DNA from: Roseobacter sp.
GTDB taxonomy: Bacteria; Chloroflexota; Anaerolineae; J036; Brachytrichaceae
DNA: 40,548 bases
Assembly (NCBI GenBank): GCA_043748055.1
Contig: JAYTNY010000164.1
Location: 1 to 40,548, forward strand
Direction: 5' to 3'
Position numbers and translations under genes: made by a program
Shown here: piece after piece, positions 15,667 through 25,402 of the stretch
Numbering within the stretch: position 1 is the first letter of the stretch
Layout of the letters: each line of letters starts with the position of its first letter
The notes under the pieces: generated by a model
What the model saw: only the letters and a program-made list of their open reading frames with translations
Told to the model about the DNA's origin: nothing
Databases searched by the model: none

Positions 15667-18600
15667 ATGCCGTCCCCCTCCCACGAAATACAACGCACTA
15701 CACATACCTCACAGGTTCACCTGTTTGGCAGCTTGCGAGTCACGCACAACGGCGCGGCCATCGCCATTACCCGCAGCCGAGAACGTGCGCTCTTCACCTA
15801 TCTCGTCCTGCACCCCCGCACCGCGCACAGCCGAGAGAAGCTGGCGGAAATGCTTTGGCCCGATCGAGCCTCCGAGCGCTTGGCGCGCAACTTCAACAAC
15901 GTGCTCTACCGCTTGCAAACAGCGTTGGGCGCAGGGTGGTTGGAGGTGAACTCGAAAGCCATCGCGTTAAAACAGCGTGAAGATTTATTTGTGGATGCCT
16001 GGGCCTTCGAGCAATTAAGCGCCGCCAACGATCCCAACTCCCTCGAGAACGCCATCAACCTGTACGCCGCCGATGCGAACACGGGCGATGCCATGCTGCT
16101 GCCCGAAGCCTACGAGGACGATTGGCTGTTGCCGCTACGCGAGCAGTTCCACGAGCAATTTTTGAACGCATTGCTAACCCTCGCCGCCAGCCACGAGCAA
16201 TTTGCCCAACACGAGGCCGCGCTCAAAACCTATCGCCGCCTCATCCAAATGGATGCGCTGCGCGAAGAAGCCACGACCGGCGCGATGCGCGCATTGGCAC
16301 ATCTAAACCGCGTGCCAGAAGCCCTCAGCGCGTATGAACAACTTGAGGCAGCCATGCAGACCGAGTTACGTGCCAAGCCCAGCGCGGCGGCGCAGGCGTT
16401 GGTGGGGTTGTTGCGGGCGCGTTTACAGGTGGGGCGTTTGGGCATGGATGAGGCCACAAACGAGTCCACAGCGCACATTCCGTTTGTGGGCCGCGCCAGC
16501 GAACGCGCCCAACTGCTGGCCAAGTTGGAGCAAGCGCACAACCAAGCCGGTGGCCTGGTCGTACTGATGGGCGAGGCAGGCAGCGGCAAGTCTCGCTTGT
16601 TGGACGAAGTGGTGCGCAGCGCCAGCCGCCGAGGTTGGCAAATTGCCAGCGCGCGCGGCAACGAGTTCACCCGCCCCGCCCCGTTTGCGCCGCTGGCCGA
16701 GGCACTGGCCAACGCCCTCCCCAGGCCACGCCTGCAACAACTGGCGGGCGTGATGCAACCCATGTGGCTGCACCTGGTGCAAAGCATTCTGCCCAAAGAT
16801 GAAGCACCCACGAAAGCAGAAACCAGCGCGCTGGATGTATTCGCCAGCGACGCCGACAGCATTAGTACCGCCGTGCGGCGCGTGTGCGTGGGATTGCAAA
16901 GCATTGCGCCGCACTTGTTTATTTTGGACGATGTGCAATGGGCTGATGCAGGCTTTTGGGATGTGCTGGAAAGTTTGCGCGGGCCGTTGGCCGAGCTTTC
17001 GGTCTTGCTCGTCATCAGCGGGCGCTTGAACGAACTGCAACAACAGCCCGACGTGTGGCAACGGCTAAACGCGTGGGAGACCGCCGGCGTACCCACGCTC
17101 GCGCTCTCTGGCTTGCGGGCCGAGGAGCTGCGCGAGTTGGCGGCGGGCGTGGGGTATGGCATGCTCAACACGGTGCAGGCGGCGCAACTGGTCTCGGCCA
17201 CAGGTGGCAATCCGCTCATGGCGTTGGCGTTGCTGCGCGAGGCCAAATCCAAACACAGCCAGAACCCAACGCTGGCCTTGCAATCGCTGGCCGAACTAAC
17301 CCGCGAGGTGGGCAAGACCCGTTCGTCGTTGGATGGTTACTTCGAGTTGTTGCAGCGCCGTTTATCGGCGTTAAGCAGCGCGGCGCAACACGCCATCAAA
17401 CTAGCTGCCGTGTTGGGCTACCGGTTTGAGTACGAAGCCCTGAGCGCACTGGCGCAAGTAGACCACTTGCCCAGCGAACAATTGCCCGCTGCATTAAATG
17501 AGTTGGAACGCGGGCGCATGATTCATCTGGAGCCGGATGGCTACCGGTTTGACCACGATACGCTGCGCGCCTTCATCTATTCGCGTTTGCCCGAATCCAC
17601 GCACCGCGAGTTGCATCGTGCTGCCATTCGCGCACTGGTGCAACACACCCCGCTCAACAGCGAGCTGAACGCTGCGCCGCTTCTCTATCATGCCGAGCAA
17701 GCACACGACACAGATGCCATCGCCACCTACGCCCAACTTGCAGGCGAGCAAGCGCTGGGCATTCATTCGTTTGTGGCCGCGCTGCGCTATTTTGAGCAAG
17801 CGATTTCCGCATTAGACGACGGACGGCGGGCGACAGACGACGAGTTGCGCACCCAGTCGTCTGTCGTCTCGGCTTCCGAGCCGCCTCGTCCGTCGTCTAA
17901 TCTACTCAAACGTTTGTGCGCAGCATCTCTAGGCCGCACGCGCGCGCTGAATCATCTGGCCCAACGCGAGGCCCAACACGCCGAGTTGAGCCGCCTGCGC
18001 GAATGGGTGGTGGTGGCGGACGATGAAGCCATCGCCACCGACAGCGCCATCGAACACGCCGTGTATTACACCGCCACCACGCAATGGGCCGAGGCCGGGC
18101 GCTGGGTGGATGAAGCGATGGCGCACGCAGAACGATTGCACGACAACCGTCTAAAATTTCGCGCCGCCGATGCGGCCTACCACGCCCTGCACCGCCAATT
18201 TAAGAATGCTGAGGCGACAGAGCTGGCGCATCGCATGTTGGCTTTGGCCGAAGAGCTAAACGACGCTGCGGCAAAGGCCGATGCGTTGGCGAACCTGTGC
18301 GAGATTCGCAGTTTGATGGGGCAGTTCGACGAAGCATCAGGCTATGGACAGCGGGCGGTACAACTTTTTCAGCAGCAAAATAATTTGATTGGCGAGGCGC
18401 GCGGGGCGACGGCGTTGGGCGATTTGTATTTGCGCACCAGCGACTTTGGCCGCGCCCGCGCCAACTTGCAACGCGCCATGACGCTGTACACCGAGCTGAA
18501 TTTCAAGAGCAAGTACGCCCATTGCGCCAACGCATTGGGTGCTGCTGAATATTGGCTGGGCAATTTTCCGGCGGCGTTAGATTTGTACGAGTCGGGCTTG

Positions 18601-19386
18601 AAGAGCGCACGCGAGGCCAATGACCGCTGGTACATCGCCTACACATTAACAAATATCGGCGAGTTGTATTACGACATTGGCGAAATGGCGCTGGCCGAGC
18701 AGAACCAACGCGAGGCGGTGGGCGTTGCGCAAGAAATTAACTTCAAATGGGTGGAGGGCTATGCACGCTGTTATTTGGGGCGCATCTGCGCCCACAACAA
18801 GCAGTTTACGCTTTCCATTGATGAGGCGCGCACAGCAGTGCAGTGCATGGAGGACTCGAATAACGCCGACAACTGGTACTTCTGCCAATCGCGTTTGGCA
18901 CTGTGCTATTTGGATAGCGGCGATTTAGCTGCCGCCAGCAACGAGGTGGATGTGATGCTGGCGCGGCTGCAAATGGTGATGCCACGCAAGGTGCATTTGC
19001 AAGCCGCTCAAAACGCAGCGTATGCCGTGCGCAAAGCACAAGGCCGCTTGCCCGAGGCCCGCCAACACATTTGTTTGGCGGAGGCCGCCCTGCTGGGCCA
19101 AGCCAGCGAACTGCCACCGGATGCCCGTGAGAAATTTTTGAAGTTCGCCCGGCTGAACCAAGAGACGCTGAAGGCGATTAAGGCCGAGAGCGTGGTGGTG
19201 CAGCAAAAGCTGCTGCGCTTGGATGGCGCGGGTTATGCGACCGTGAACTGGACACTGCATCACCCCAGCGATGATGCACTGGCCGATGATGCGCGCCGCC
19301 GCGCCATGCGGCAACGCCTGGCGGATGAGGCGGCGGCGCAGGGGGCGCGGGCGACTGACGAGGATTTGGGGGATGCGGTAGCGTAA
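15667..19386 (+). CDS. SARP/AfsR-like STAND regulator: winged-helix + BTAD + P-loop ATPase + TPR
   Basis: 1239 aa. N-terminal VHLFGSLRV...ERALFTYLVLH...LAEMLWPD (OmpR/SARP-type DNA-binding domain), then a BTAD-like helical region. Walker A GEAGSGKS, Walker B LFILDDVQWAD. C-terminal TPR-like repeats. Confidence 0.85.
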   Translation: MPSPSHEIQRTTHTSQVHLFGSLRVTHNGAAIAITRSRERALFTYLVLHPRTAHSREKLAEMLWPDRASERLARNFNNVLYRLQTALGAGWLEVNSKAIALKQREDLFVDAWAFEQLSAANDPNSLENAINLYAADANTGDAMLLPEAYEDDWLLPLREQFHEQFLNALLTLAASHEQFAQHEAALKTYRRLIQMDALREEATTGAMRALAHLNRVPEALSAYEQLEAAMQTELRAKPSAAAQALVGLLRARLQVGRLGMDEATNESTAHIPFVGRASERAQLLAKLEQAHNQAGGLVVLMGEAGSGKSRLLDEVVRSASRRGWQIASARGNEFTRPAPFAPLAEALANALPRPRLQQLAGVMQPMWLHLVQSILPKDEAPTKAETSALDVFASDADSISTAVRRVCVGLQSIAPHLFILDDVQWADAGFWDVLESLRGPLAELSVLLVISGRLNELQQQPDVWQRLNAWETAGVPTLALSGLRAEELRELAAGVGYGMLNTVQAAQLVSATGGNPLMALALLREAKSKHSQNPTLALQSLAELTREVGKTRSSLDGYFELLQRRLSALSSAAQHAIKLAAVLGYRFEYEALSALAQVDHLPSEQLPAALNELERGRMIHLEPDGYRFDHDTLRAFIYSRLPESTHRELHRAAIRALVQHTPLNSELNAAPLLYHAEQAHDTDAIATYAQLAGEQALGIHSFVAALRYFEQAISALDDGRRATDDELRTQSSVVSASEPPRPSSNLLKRLCAASLGRTRALNHLAQREAQHAELSRLREWVVVADDEAIATDSAIEHAVYYTATTQWAEAGRWVDEAMAHAERLHDNRLKFRAADAAYHALHRQFKNAEATELAHRMLALAEELNDAAAKADALANLCEIRSLMGQFDEASGYGQRAVQLFQQQNNLIGEARGATALGDLYLRTSDFGRARANLQRAMTLYTELNFKSKYAHCANALGAAEYWLGNFPAALDLYESGLKSAREANDRWYIAYTLTNIGELYYDIGEMALAEQNQREAVGVAQEINFKWVEGYARCYLGRICAHNKQFTLSIDEARTAVQCMEDSNNADNWYFCQSRLALCYLDSGDLAAASNEVDVMLARLQMVMPRKVHLQAAQNAAYAVRKAQGRLPEARQHICLAEAALLGQASELPPDAREKFLKFARLNQETLKAIKAESVVVQQKLLRLDGAGYATVNWTLHHPSDDALADDARRRAMRQRLADEAAAQGARATDEDLGDAVA

Positions 19387-19387
19387 C

Positions 19388-19408
19388 GGAGATACCCCGG
19401 AGATACCC
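19388..19408 (+). repeat. Tandem direct repeat GGAGATACCC(C) x2, 11-bp period
   Basis: GGAGATACCCC GGAGATACCC, immediately after the regulator stop and 20 nt before ATG 19428. It resembles the outer part of the MITE terminal repeat at 15301-15322. Confidence 0.9.
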
Positions 19409-19427
19409 GTGCCTTACCCTCTCCCGC

Positions 19428-20996
19428 ATGGAATCTCTACGCAAAGCAATTCGTTCTGCTGCGGCCCCGGTGGGCATGGTCAGCGCGGTTATGGGGTTTA
19501 TTGGGGATGTGCTTTCGCCGCTGGGCGATTTTGCGCCGTGGGTGGCGGGGTTGTCGGTGGGGGTTGCGCTGGCCTCGCTCGTCGTGCTGGTGCTGCACTA
19601 TCGCAAGGCCCATCAGCTAAGCACAGACTCGCTTGTAACCGGCACGTTTGTGATGAGCGTGACTTCAGCCGTTATCTTCGGCGCATGGTCAGTCATCACT
19701 GAGTTGGCACCCGAGCGCGGGTTTGTGGCCAGCAATGTAGAACCGATTGCGCAGGTGCAGGCCAGCTTGCTAGGGCTGGAGAAAGATGTGGCCGAGATCA
19801 AAACCACCACGCAGAACACCTCGAACCAGGTGCAAGCCATTGCCACTGCGCAGGCCGCCGGGTTCGCGCAAATTCAAGGCGCGTTTGCGGCGTTGCAGGC
19901 CAATGGCAGCATCGTCGCCAGCCCGAAAACGCCGCAGGAGTGGTATAGCAACGCGCGCACGTACCAGCTCAAAGGCGACACGGCCAACGCCATCAAGGCC
20001 TACGAGGGCTTCTTCGCGTATCAGTTGGTTTTTGTAGATCCGCATCAGGCCTATGCCGATTTGCTGAAGGCCACCGAGGGCATGGCCCGCGCCAGCCAAC
20101 GGCTGAGCAACTTGCAACAGGCCCAGCCTAAGAACATGGCGGTTGAGTTGGTTGCGATTGGCTTGCAAGAATCGCCGCAAGAGCGGCTGAGCCAGTTGCA
20201 GGCGTTCACCTCGCGCCAGCCCCAGTTTGCCCCCGCGTTTCTGGCGCTGGCCCAGGAGTACGATCGCGCCCTGCAAGCCTCTTTCTCCACCGATTTATTG
20301 GAGAAGCAAAAGAACGCCTACGCCAACCTGTTTGCGTTGGAGAAAAGCCAAACCTTCTCGCGCTACTTCATAGATAAGGCGCTGGCGCAGGCCCAACTGG
20401 CGACGGCCCAAGAGCGCCTGCAAGCCTACGACCGCGCCCGCCAGGTGATGGGCAAAGTGGAGGTTCAACACGCGCTGTATCCCGATGGGGTGCGCTTCAC
20501 GATGGTCTCGGCGGATGCGGCCTTTGCCAAAAAAATGCTGGTGAGCGTGGACGACCCCGCGCCCAAGACCGAGAGTGGCAAGAACGCAGGCGGCACGGTC
20601 AACATCGCCGTGGGGCCGTTTAAGGTGGGGTTGGGCCAGCACACGTTTTACGCTCAAATTATTGATGCCAACGACGTCGCCAGCCCAGTCTATTCGCACA
20701 CCTTCAGCGTCGCGCCCATCACAGTGAACTTTGTGCAGCAGCCCAAAGACTTCTCCACCAACAGCATCCCCGGTTTGTTCAGCGTGGGCATTCTGGGTGG
20801 CACGGGCGCAGAGCCTGTGGTGTATCGCTGGAGCTTGAACAACGCAAACTTGGGCGAGACGTTAAACGGCGTGAGCCTGATGGCGATCCCGGTGAAAGAC
20901 CTGAAGCCTGGCGCAAACACGCTACACATTCAGGCCGAGTTCCCAGATGGCAAGAGTACCAATGTGGTGGCGTTTGAGTTTGCAGTGGCGGAGTGA
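19428..20996 (+). CDS. Membrane-anchored protein, unknown function (N-terminal TM helices, helical/TPR-like middle, two C-terminal beta-rich domains)
   Basis: 522 aa. Hydrophobic segments within residues about 15-95, a Q/A-rich coiled region, and C-terminal Ig-like-looking segments. Confidence 0.7.
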   Translation: MESLRKAIRSAAAPVGMVSAVMGFIGDVLSPLGDFAPWVAGLSVGVALASLVVLVLHYRKAHQLSTDSLVTGTFVMSVTSAVIFGAWSVITELAPERGFVASNVEPIAQVQASLLGLEKDVAEIKTTTQNTSNQVQAIATAQAAGFAQIQGAFAALQANGSIVASPKTPQEWYSNARTYQLKGDTANAIKAYEGFFAYQLVFVDPHQAYADLLKATEGMARASQRLSNLQQAQPKNMAVELVAIGLQESPQERLSQLQAFTSRQPQFAPAFLALAQEYDRALQASFSTDLLEKQKNAYANLFALEKSQTFSRYFIDKALAQAQLATAQERLQAYDRARQVMGKVEVQHALYPDGVRFTMVSADAAFAKKMLVSVDDPAPKTESGKNAGGTVNIAVGPFKVGLGQHTFYAQIIDANDVASPVYSHTFSVAPITVNFVQQPKDFSTNSIPGLFSVGILGGTGAEPVVYRWSLNNANLGETLNGVSLMAIPVKDLKPGANTLHIQAEFPDGKSTNVVAFEFAVAE

Positions 20997-21006
20997 GTGT
21001 CAAGCA

Positions 21007-21035
21007 GTAGGGGCTGGTCTGAGACCAGTCCCTAC
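21007..21035. terminator. Hairpin between convergent genes
   Basis: GTAGGGGCTGGTC-TGA-GACCAGTCCCTAC with one mismatch. It overlaps the stop codon of the TfoX gene. Confidence 0.5.
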
Positions 21036-21394
21036 ACAGGTTTGCTCTTGCTCCTTTTCTTGGGCTTTTTGGCTTTGGCGGATTGGGCCACCGCCAGCGA
21101 TTTTTGCGCCCAACCTCGCAGGCTCTCAGCGTCATCCAGCACATCTTCAGGCACCTCAAAGTACGACAGCATGGTTGGCCCAGAACCGGGCGACCAGGGT
21201 GGCATGCCCCGCGTTTCGTAGTCCGGGCGGTTGCTGTCGTTCACCTTCAGAAAGAAGCGATCATCATCCAGCACACCGATGATGAGGCCGCTGGCATAGA
21301 TACCCACCCCACCAAACATGCTTTTGCTGGTGACAGGCAGGCCTTGATTCAATTGGTCAAGCACATAGTCTCGGTAAGATTGAGTTACGGGCAT
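21032..21394 (-). CDS. TfoX/Sxy N-terminal-domain protein
   Basis: 120 aa; YRDYVLDQL...KSMFGGVGIY...FFLKV...YFEVPEDVLDD pattern, basic tail. Confidence 0.75.
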   Translation of the reverse strand: MPVTQSYRDYVLDQLNQGLPVTSKSMFGGVGIYASGLIIGVLDDDRFFLKVNDSNRPDYETRGMPPWSPGSGPTMLSYFEVPEDVLDDAESLRGWAQKSLAVAQSAKAKKPKKRSKSKPV

Positions 21395-21488
21395 AGTGCC
21401 TCCATATGCGGCAAAAGTTTGGTGCTCAGCATTCCTCGAACGCCTAGGCGTAAACGCCCAGGCTCAGCAGCGAAGCCCTGCGAGCTTT

Positions 21489-22256
21489 TTAGTTTTGCTT
21501 TTGCAAATAGAAAATGACGCCACGAAACAAAAACGTTGAATGCGTTCGACCCGCAAAGAACGGCACATACTGCGCAGACATCCACGCACGCACATCCTCA
21601 ATTCGCTCGGCCCCAACTTCAACCGCAGCGTTCACACCGCTCTGCGTTGTGGCGTAATCTACCAATTCATCCAACGTAAAGCGCTGCTGGTTTTCATACG
21701 GCTCTTGATGGCGCAACCCAAAGCCATGCGCCGCCGCCTGCACATCGTTCATCTCGTAGCTGTTGCGCGGCGGCGGCGGGTAGCGTTGCAAATACCCATC
21801 CAGCTTTCGCTGCCTAAACGTCTCGTCTTCAATCATGTGGGTGGTAAAGAAATTATCATAGACCACCAGCCACGCATCGGGCTTCAATACACGCCAAGCC
21901 TCATCCAAAAACGCCGCCTGGTTAAACCAGTGAATGCCCTGGCGGCTCACCGTCATCAAATCGCAGCTTGCGTCATCGGCGGGCAACTGCTCTGCCAATG
22001 CCAACTGGCAGGTGATTTGCGCATCGGGCAAGGCCTGCGCCAACATGGCCGCACTCGCATCCACGCCGATGATGCGCTGAGCGACAGGCTTGAGCGCCAT
22101 CGTCGAAAGACCAGTGCCGCAAGCCACATCCAGCGCCAAGTCAACCGGCTGCACAAGCTGCAAATACACCTTCACTCGCTCAATCACCAGTGGGTGAAAG
22201 TAAGGGCGGCCTTTGGCGTAACGTTCTGCCGCCGTTTGCGGCGCAAAATAATTCAT
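21489..22256 (-). CDS. Class I SAM-dependent methyltransferase
   Basis: 255 aa; motif I LDVACGTG, then IGVDAS and LKPDAWLVV. Confidence 0.85.
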   Translation of the reverse strand: MNYFAPQTAAERYAKGRPYFHPLVIERVKVYLQLVQPVDLALDVACGTGLSTMALKPVAQRIIGVDASAAMLAQALPDAQITCQLALAEQLPADDASCDLMTVSRQGIHWFNQAAFLDEAWRVLKPDAWLVVYDNFFTTHMIEDETFRQRKLDGYLQRYPPPPRNSYEMNDVQAAAHGFGLRHQEPYENQQRFTLDELVDYATTQSGVNAAVEVGAERIEDVRAWMSAQYVPFFAGRTHSTFLFRGVIFYLQKQN

Positions 22257-22361
22257 CTAGTACACGTTCCCGAAGATAAGCGACAAATTCGCCGCGTCGA
22301 ATTGCCCACAAAGTGACGTAGTGCAACTTGTCGGTCAACTTCAGGACGCTGTACTAGTCCG

Positions 22362-22736
22362 TCATCCCGCTGGTTGGAATAACTCAATCGGGTTGCCGGA
22401 TGGGTCGTCCAACAAAATTTGCTTGCCGCCCGGGCCGCTCAAAATCTCGTTGCGAAAGGTGGCACCTGCGGCTTTCAGCGTCGTCACCAGCGCGGCCAAA
22501 TCCTCCACCTCGATCACAAAGCGGTTCCAGCCGCCGGGTTCGGGCTTGCGGCCATCCGGCATGGGTTTGGCGGCACTGGTCAGTGGGCTGCTCAGCCACA
22601 CGGTTAAATCGCCACGCGTCACATAGGCAAAAGCTGGGCCCATCTGCTCTTTTAGCGCAAAGCCCAAATGCCCGGTGTAAAACGCAATCGCCTCTTCCAA
22701 ATCTCGAACCAAGTATCGAACCGCAATTCCTGCCAT
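22362..22736 (-). CDS. VOC/glyoxalase-family protein
   Basis: Start at MAGIAVRY (ATG 22736). FYTGHLGF..., ...DPSGNPIELF. Confidence 0.8.
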   Translation of the reverse strand: MAGIAVRYLVRDLEEAIAFYTGHLGFALKEQMGPAFAYVTRGDLTVWLSSPLTSAAKPMPDGRKPEPGGWNRFVIEVEDLAALVTTLKAAGATFRNEILSGPGGKQILLDDPSGNPIELFQPAG

Positions 22737-22746
22737 GTTTGTCTCC

Positions 22747-23250
22747 TCAAAATTTTTTGCGAATGTTGTCCATGTGCGTGTGCGCATGGTTGTAGCTCAT
22801 CTCCGCCAGCACATGCCACAGCGGCTTGTCGCCTTTCCACGAGAAGCCAGCCACTGTAGCCTTCGGGTCAGTTAAATCTTCTTCGGAAAGCGTTTGCACC
22901 GCACCCATCATCTGTGCCCGCACCTCGCGCTGTGTGCCCAATGCTTCGCCCATCGTCCACGCCGAGGTCTGCGCCACCAGCCATTCATTTTGTGGATCGT
23001 TATCTAGCTCTGCGGGTGGCACGTTCAAACCCCACACCTCGTTGGGCACGGGGGCACTCTTGCGCACATGCGCCAGCACAATCGCCGTAGCATAGCGCTC
23101 CCAAATCGCCACGTGCGCCACCCCATCTTTGATGGACCAGATGCCAATGACATTGGGTTGCATCTGCTGCTCTGGCGTAAACCCGCTAATAAACTGCTCC
23201 CACACCACTTGCTCTTCGCGCAGCTTGGCAATGAATTCAGCTTTGTTCAT
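22747..23250 (-). CDS. DinB/ClbS-DfsB-like four-helix-bundle protein
   Basis: 167 aa; WSIKDGVAHVAIWERY and C-terminal NHAHTHMDNIRKKF resemble DUF1706/ClbS and DinB_2 proteins. Confidence 0.55.
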   Translation of the reverse strand: MNKAEFIAKLREEQVVWEQFISGFTPEQQMQPNVIGIWSIKDGVAHVAIWERYATAIVLAHVRKSAPVPNEVWGLNVPPAELDNDPQNEWLVAQTSAWTMGEALGTQREVRAQMMGAVQTLSEEDLTDPKATVAGFSWKGDKPLWHVLAEMSYNHAHTHMDNIRKKF

Positions 23251-23681
23251 GGTTTAGAGATATCAGCCTTCTTCGCATACTCAACCGATTTCTGGATCAG
23301 TTCTTTCAACACCGTCAGGTCTACATCGCTCAGCTTGTTGATATACAGACACCCCTTGCCAAGTTTGTGCTTGCCCAACTTTTGCATCAGCAATGGCGCA
23401 TCTTGCTCCAAGCCATACAAGTGCAGATACAGCGTTAAGTTTTGCTTGCGCGGCGAGAACGCCACCACCATCCAATCACCCTCGCGTCCGCTGGCATATT
23501 TGTAGCGGTAACTGCCAAAACCCACGATTGCGCTGCCCCACATCTTGGGCTCGGCCTTTGTCACTTGCTGCATCAGCTTGGCGACGGCCCGGCAGTCTTT
23601 GCGCCGTTGCTCATCTTCAATGCCATTCAAAAAATCGTCAACACTCACGTCATTCTGTTTGGTTTTTAGCTCTGCAGGCAT
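23247..23681 (-). CDS. DUF1801 (YdhG-like) domain protein
   Basis: Start at MPAELK (ATG 23681). VDDFLNGIEDEQRRKDCRAVAKLM...MWGSAIVGFGSYRYKYASGREGDW...KQNLTLY. Confidence 0.8.
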   Translation of the reverse strand: MPAELKTKQNDVSVDDFLNGIEDEQRRKDCRAVAKLMQQVTKAEPKMWGSAIVGFGSYRYKYASGREGDWMVVAFSPRKQNLTLYLHLYGLEQDAPLLMQKLGKHKLGKGCLYINKLSDVDLTVLKELIQKSVEYAKKADISKP

Positions 23682-23716
23682 AGTGCATTCTCCTGTCTCC
23701 GAAAACTTTTGTCTGC

Positions 23717-24136
23717 TCACGGGTTGGTCTTCTTCATATGTTCAACCGATTTCTGGATCAGTTGCTTTAATACCGTCGTGTCAACCTGACTCAGCCTATT
23801 GATATACAAACACACCTTGCCCGTTTTGTGTTTGCCAAGCTTTTTCAGCAAATTGTCATATTCTTCAAAACCTGCTGTGATGTAGAGCGTGAGGTTTTTC
23901 TTGCGCGGCGTGAACCCCGTTAACATAGAGTCGCCCTCGCGCCCGCTGGCATATTTGTAGTGGTACTTCCCAAAGCCCACAATACTGTTGCCCCACAACT
24001 TGGGTTTTTGCTTTGTTACTTGCTGCATCAGCCGGGCCACCGCCTGGCAATCTTTGCGGCACTGTTCATCCTCAATGCCGTTCAAAAACGTCTCCACACT
24101 TACATCCGTCTCTTGTGTTTTATTTTCTCTCGCCAT
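23717..24136 (-). CDS. DUF1801 (YdhG-like) domain protein, tandem paralog
   Basis: 139 aa, clearly paralogous to the gene at 23247-23681 (VETFLNGIEDEQCRKDCQAVARLM...LWGNSIVGFGKYHYKYASGREGDS). Confidence 0.8.
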   Translation of the reverse strand: MARENKTQETDVSVETFLNGIEDEQCRKDCQAVARLMQQVTKQKPKLWGNSIVGFGKYHYKYASGREGDSMLTGFTPRKKNLTLYITAGFEEYDNLLKKLGKHKTGKVCLYINRLSQVDTTVLKQLIQKSVEHMKKTNP

Positions 24137-24139
24137 CGT

Positions 24140-24355
24140 TTAACTTTCCTTTTCTTTGGGTTGCAATTCTTCCAACAGCTCGCGCGTGGTTGCTGCAACC
24201 GCAGCTACAGCCTGCTCAAACGCGGCCTGGTTTGTGCGCGAGGGCGTGCGATACCCGCTCACCTTGCGCACAAATTGCAGCGCAGCAGCCTGCATATCTT
24301 CATCGCTTGCCAGCGGCGCATGGGTCCGGCGAAGTTGTTTGATGCTTCTACACAT
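24140..24355 (-). CDS. DUF2277-family small protein
   Basis: 71 aa; MCRSIKQLR....DEDMQAAALQFVRKVSGY matches the DUF2277 pattern as I recall it. Confidence 0.7.
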   Translation of the reverse strand: MCRSIKQLRRTHAPLASDEDMQAAALQFVRKVSGYRTPSRTNQAAFEQAVAAVAATTRELLEELQPKEKES

Positions 24356-24358
24356 GAT

Positions 24359-24724
24359 TTATCGGCTAGAAATCTGAAACCAATTCCCCTCGGGATCGCG
24401 CCCATTGCAAAACGAGAATGTCTCGTCGGGGATCACCATTGCGTCCATCTTCGCGCCTTTGCTCACAAGTTGTTCGCGCGTCGCGGACACATCCACCACC
24501 TTAAACACCAACTGCATATGCTTGGGTTTGCGCCCGCTACCCGCCGCCCCTTTGTGCAACGAGATGAAGCAGCCGCCCGCCTCAAAGCTCATCCACGTCT
24601 CATCGGCAAAGCCGTGCGGTGGCAAGCCCAGCACATCTTTGTAAAACGCAGCACATTTTTGCATGTCTTTCACAAACACAATCACGCGGCTTAATGGCCC
24701 GATTGGCCCAATCGCTTCACTCAT
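24359..24724 (-). CDS. VOC/glyoxalase-family protein
   Basis: 121 aa; VKDMQKCAAFYKDVLGL..., ...RDPEGNWFQI. Confidence 0.8.
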   Translation of the reverse strand: MSEAIGPIGPLSRVIVFVKDMQKCAAFYKDVLGLPPHGFADETWMSFEAGGCFISLHKGAAGSGRKPKHMQLVFKVVDVSATREQLVSKGAKMDAMVIPDETFSFCNGRDPEGNWFQISSR

Positions 24725-24733
24725 CGTAACGGT

Positions 24734-25402
24734 TTAACCCTCCTGCTTGTGCGTGTCCAACACCGCCAGCACCGCATCGTGCTTGCCCTCCGCAGCAAAG
24801 TGGCGCGCGGCTTTGCCCTCATCGGTTTGGCTGGATGGGTCTGCGCCCCAGTCCAGCAACAGCTTCGTCATCTCTGCGTTGCCGTTTTGGGCGGCAGCGT
24901 GAAGCGGTGTAAAGCCGCCTGCCTGCTTCGCGTTCACCTCAGCCCCGCTGGCCAGCAACAACTTGGTAATGGGAATGTGGTTGGCTGCCACCGAAGAATG
25001 CAGCGCCCTCAACTTCGTTGGGTTGCGCGAGACCGCGTTCACATTCGCCCCACGCGCCAGCAAAAACTTCACCCCATCGGCCTGGCTAAAAAACGCGCCC
25101 AGTTGCAGCGGCGTAAAGCCATCCTGCGAGTAAGTCTCTAGCAACTCTGGCTGCGCCTTAATCCACGCCATCACTCGCGCCTCATCGCCCACAGCCGCCG
25201 CCTCATGCACGCTCAGCTCTGGCTTGGCGGCCAGCAATATTTTTTTGATATCACGCTTGCCCCAATACGTCGCAATCAACACCGCGCTGGTGCCGTCGGC
25301 ATCTTTGGCATTCGCCAGCGCCGCGTCCTCGGCTAGCAGGACGCGCACGGCCTCGGCATCGCCCGATTTAATCGCGCCAATCATGTATTGAGGATTGCTC
25401 AT
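24734..25402 (-). CDS. Ankyrin-repeat protein
   Basis: 222 aa; repeated G.T.LH.AA..G......LL..GA..N units. Confidence 0.85.
   Translation of the reverse strand: MSNPQYMIGAIKSGDAEAVRVLLAEDAALANAKDADGTSAVLIATYWGKRDIKKILLAAKPELSVHEAAAVGDEARVMAWIKAQPELLETYSQDGFTPLQLGAFFSQADGVKFLLARGANVNAVSRNPTKLRALHSSVAANHIPITKLLLASGAEVNAKQAGGFTPLHAAAQNGNAEMTKLLLDWGADPSSQTDEGKAARHFAAEGKHDAVLAVLDTHKQEG

Noticed and set aside
16230-17315. 361-aa ORF on the minus strand inside the STAND regulator gene. The same applies to other long antisense ORFs: 16423-17061, 14210-15145, 8103-8798, 21540-22316, 23960-24694, 26126-26707, 29765-30547, 31698-32915, 13337-13948 and 39964-40419.
   Set aside because: Each lies wholly inside a gene on the opposite strand that has clear family motifs. 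Their translations are Arg/Ala/Ser/His/Cys-rich and low in complexity, with no recognisable motifs. These are typical shadow ORFs of GC-rich DNA.
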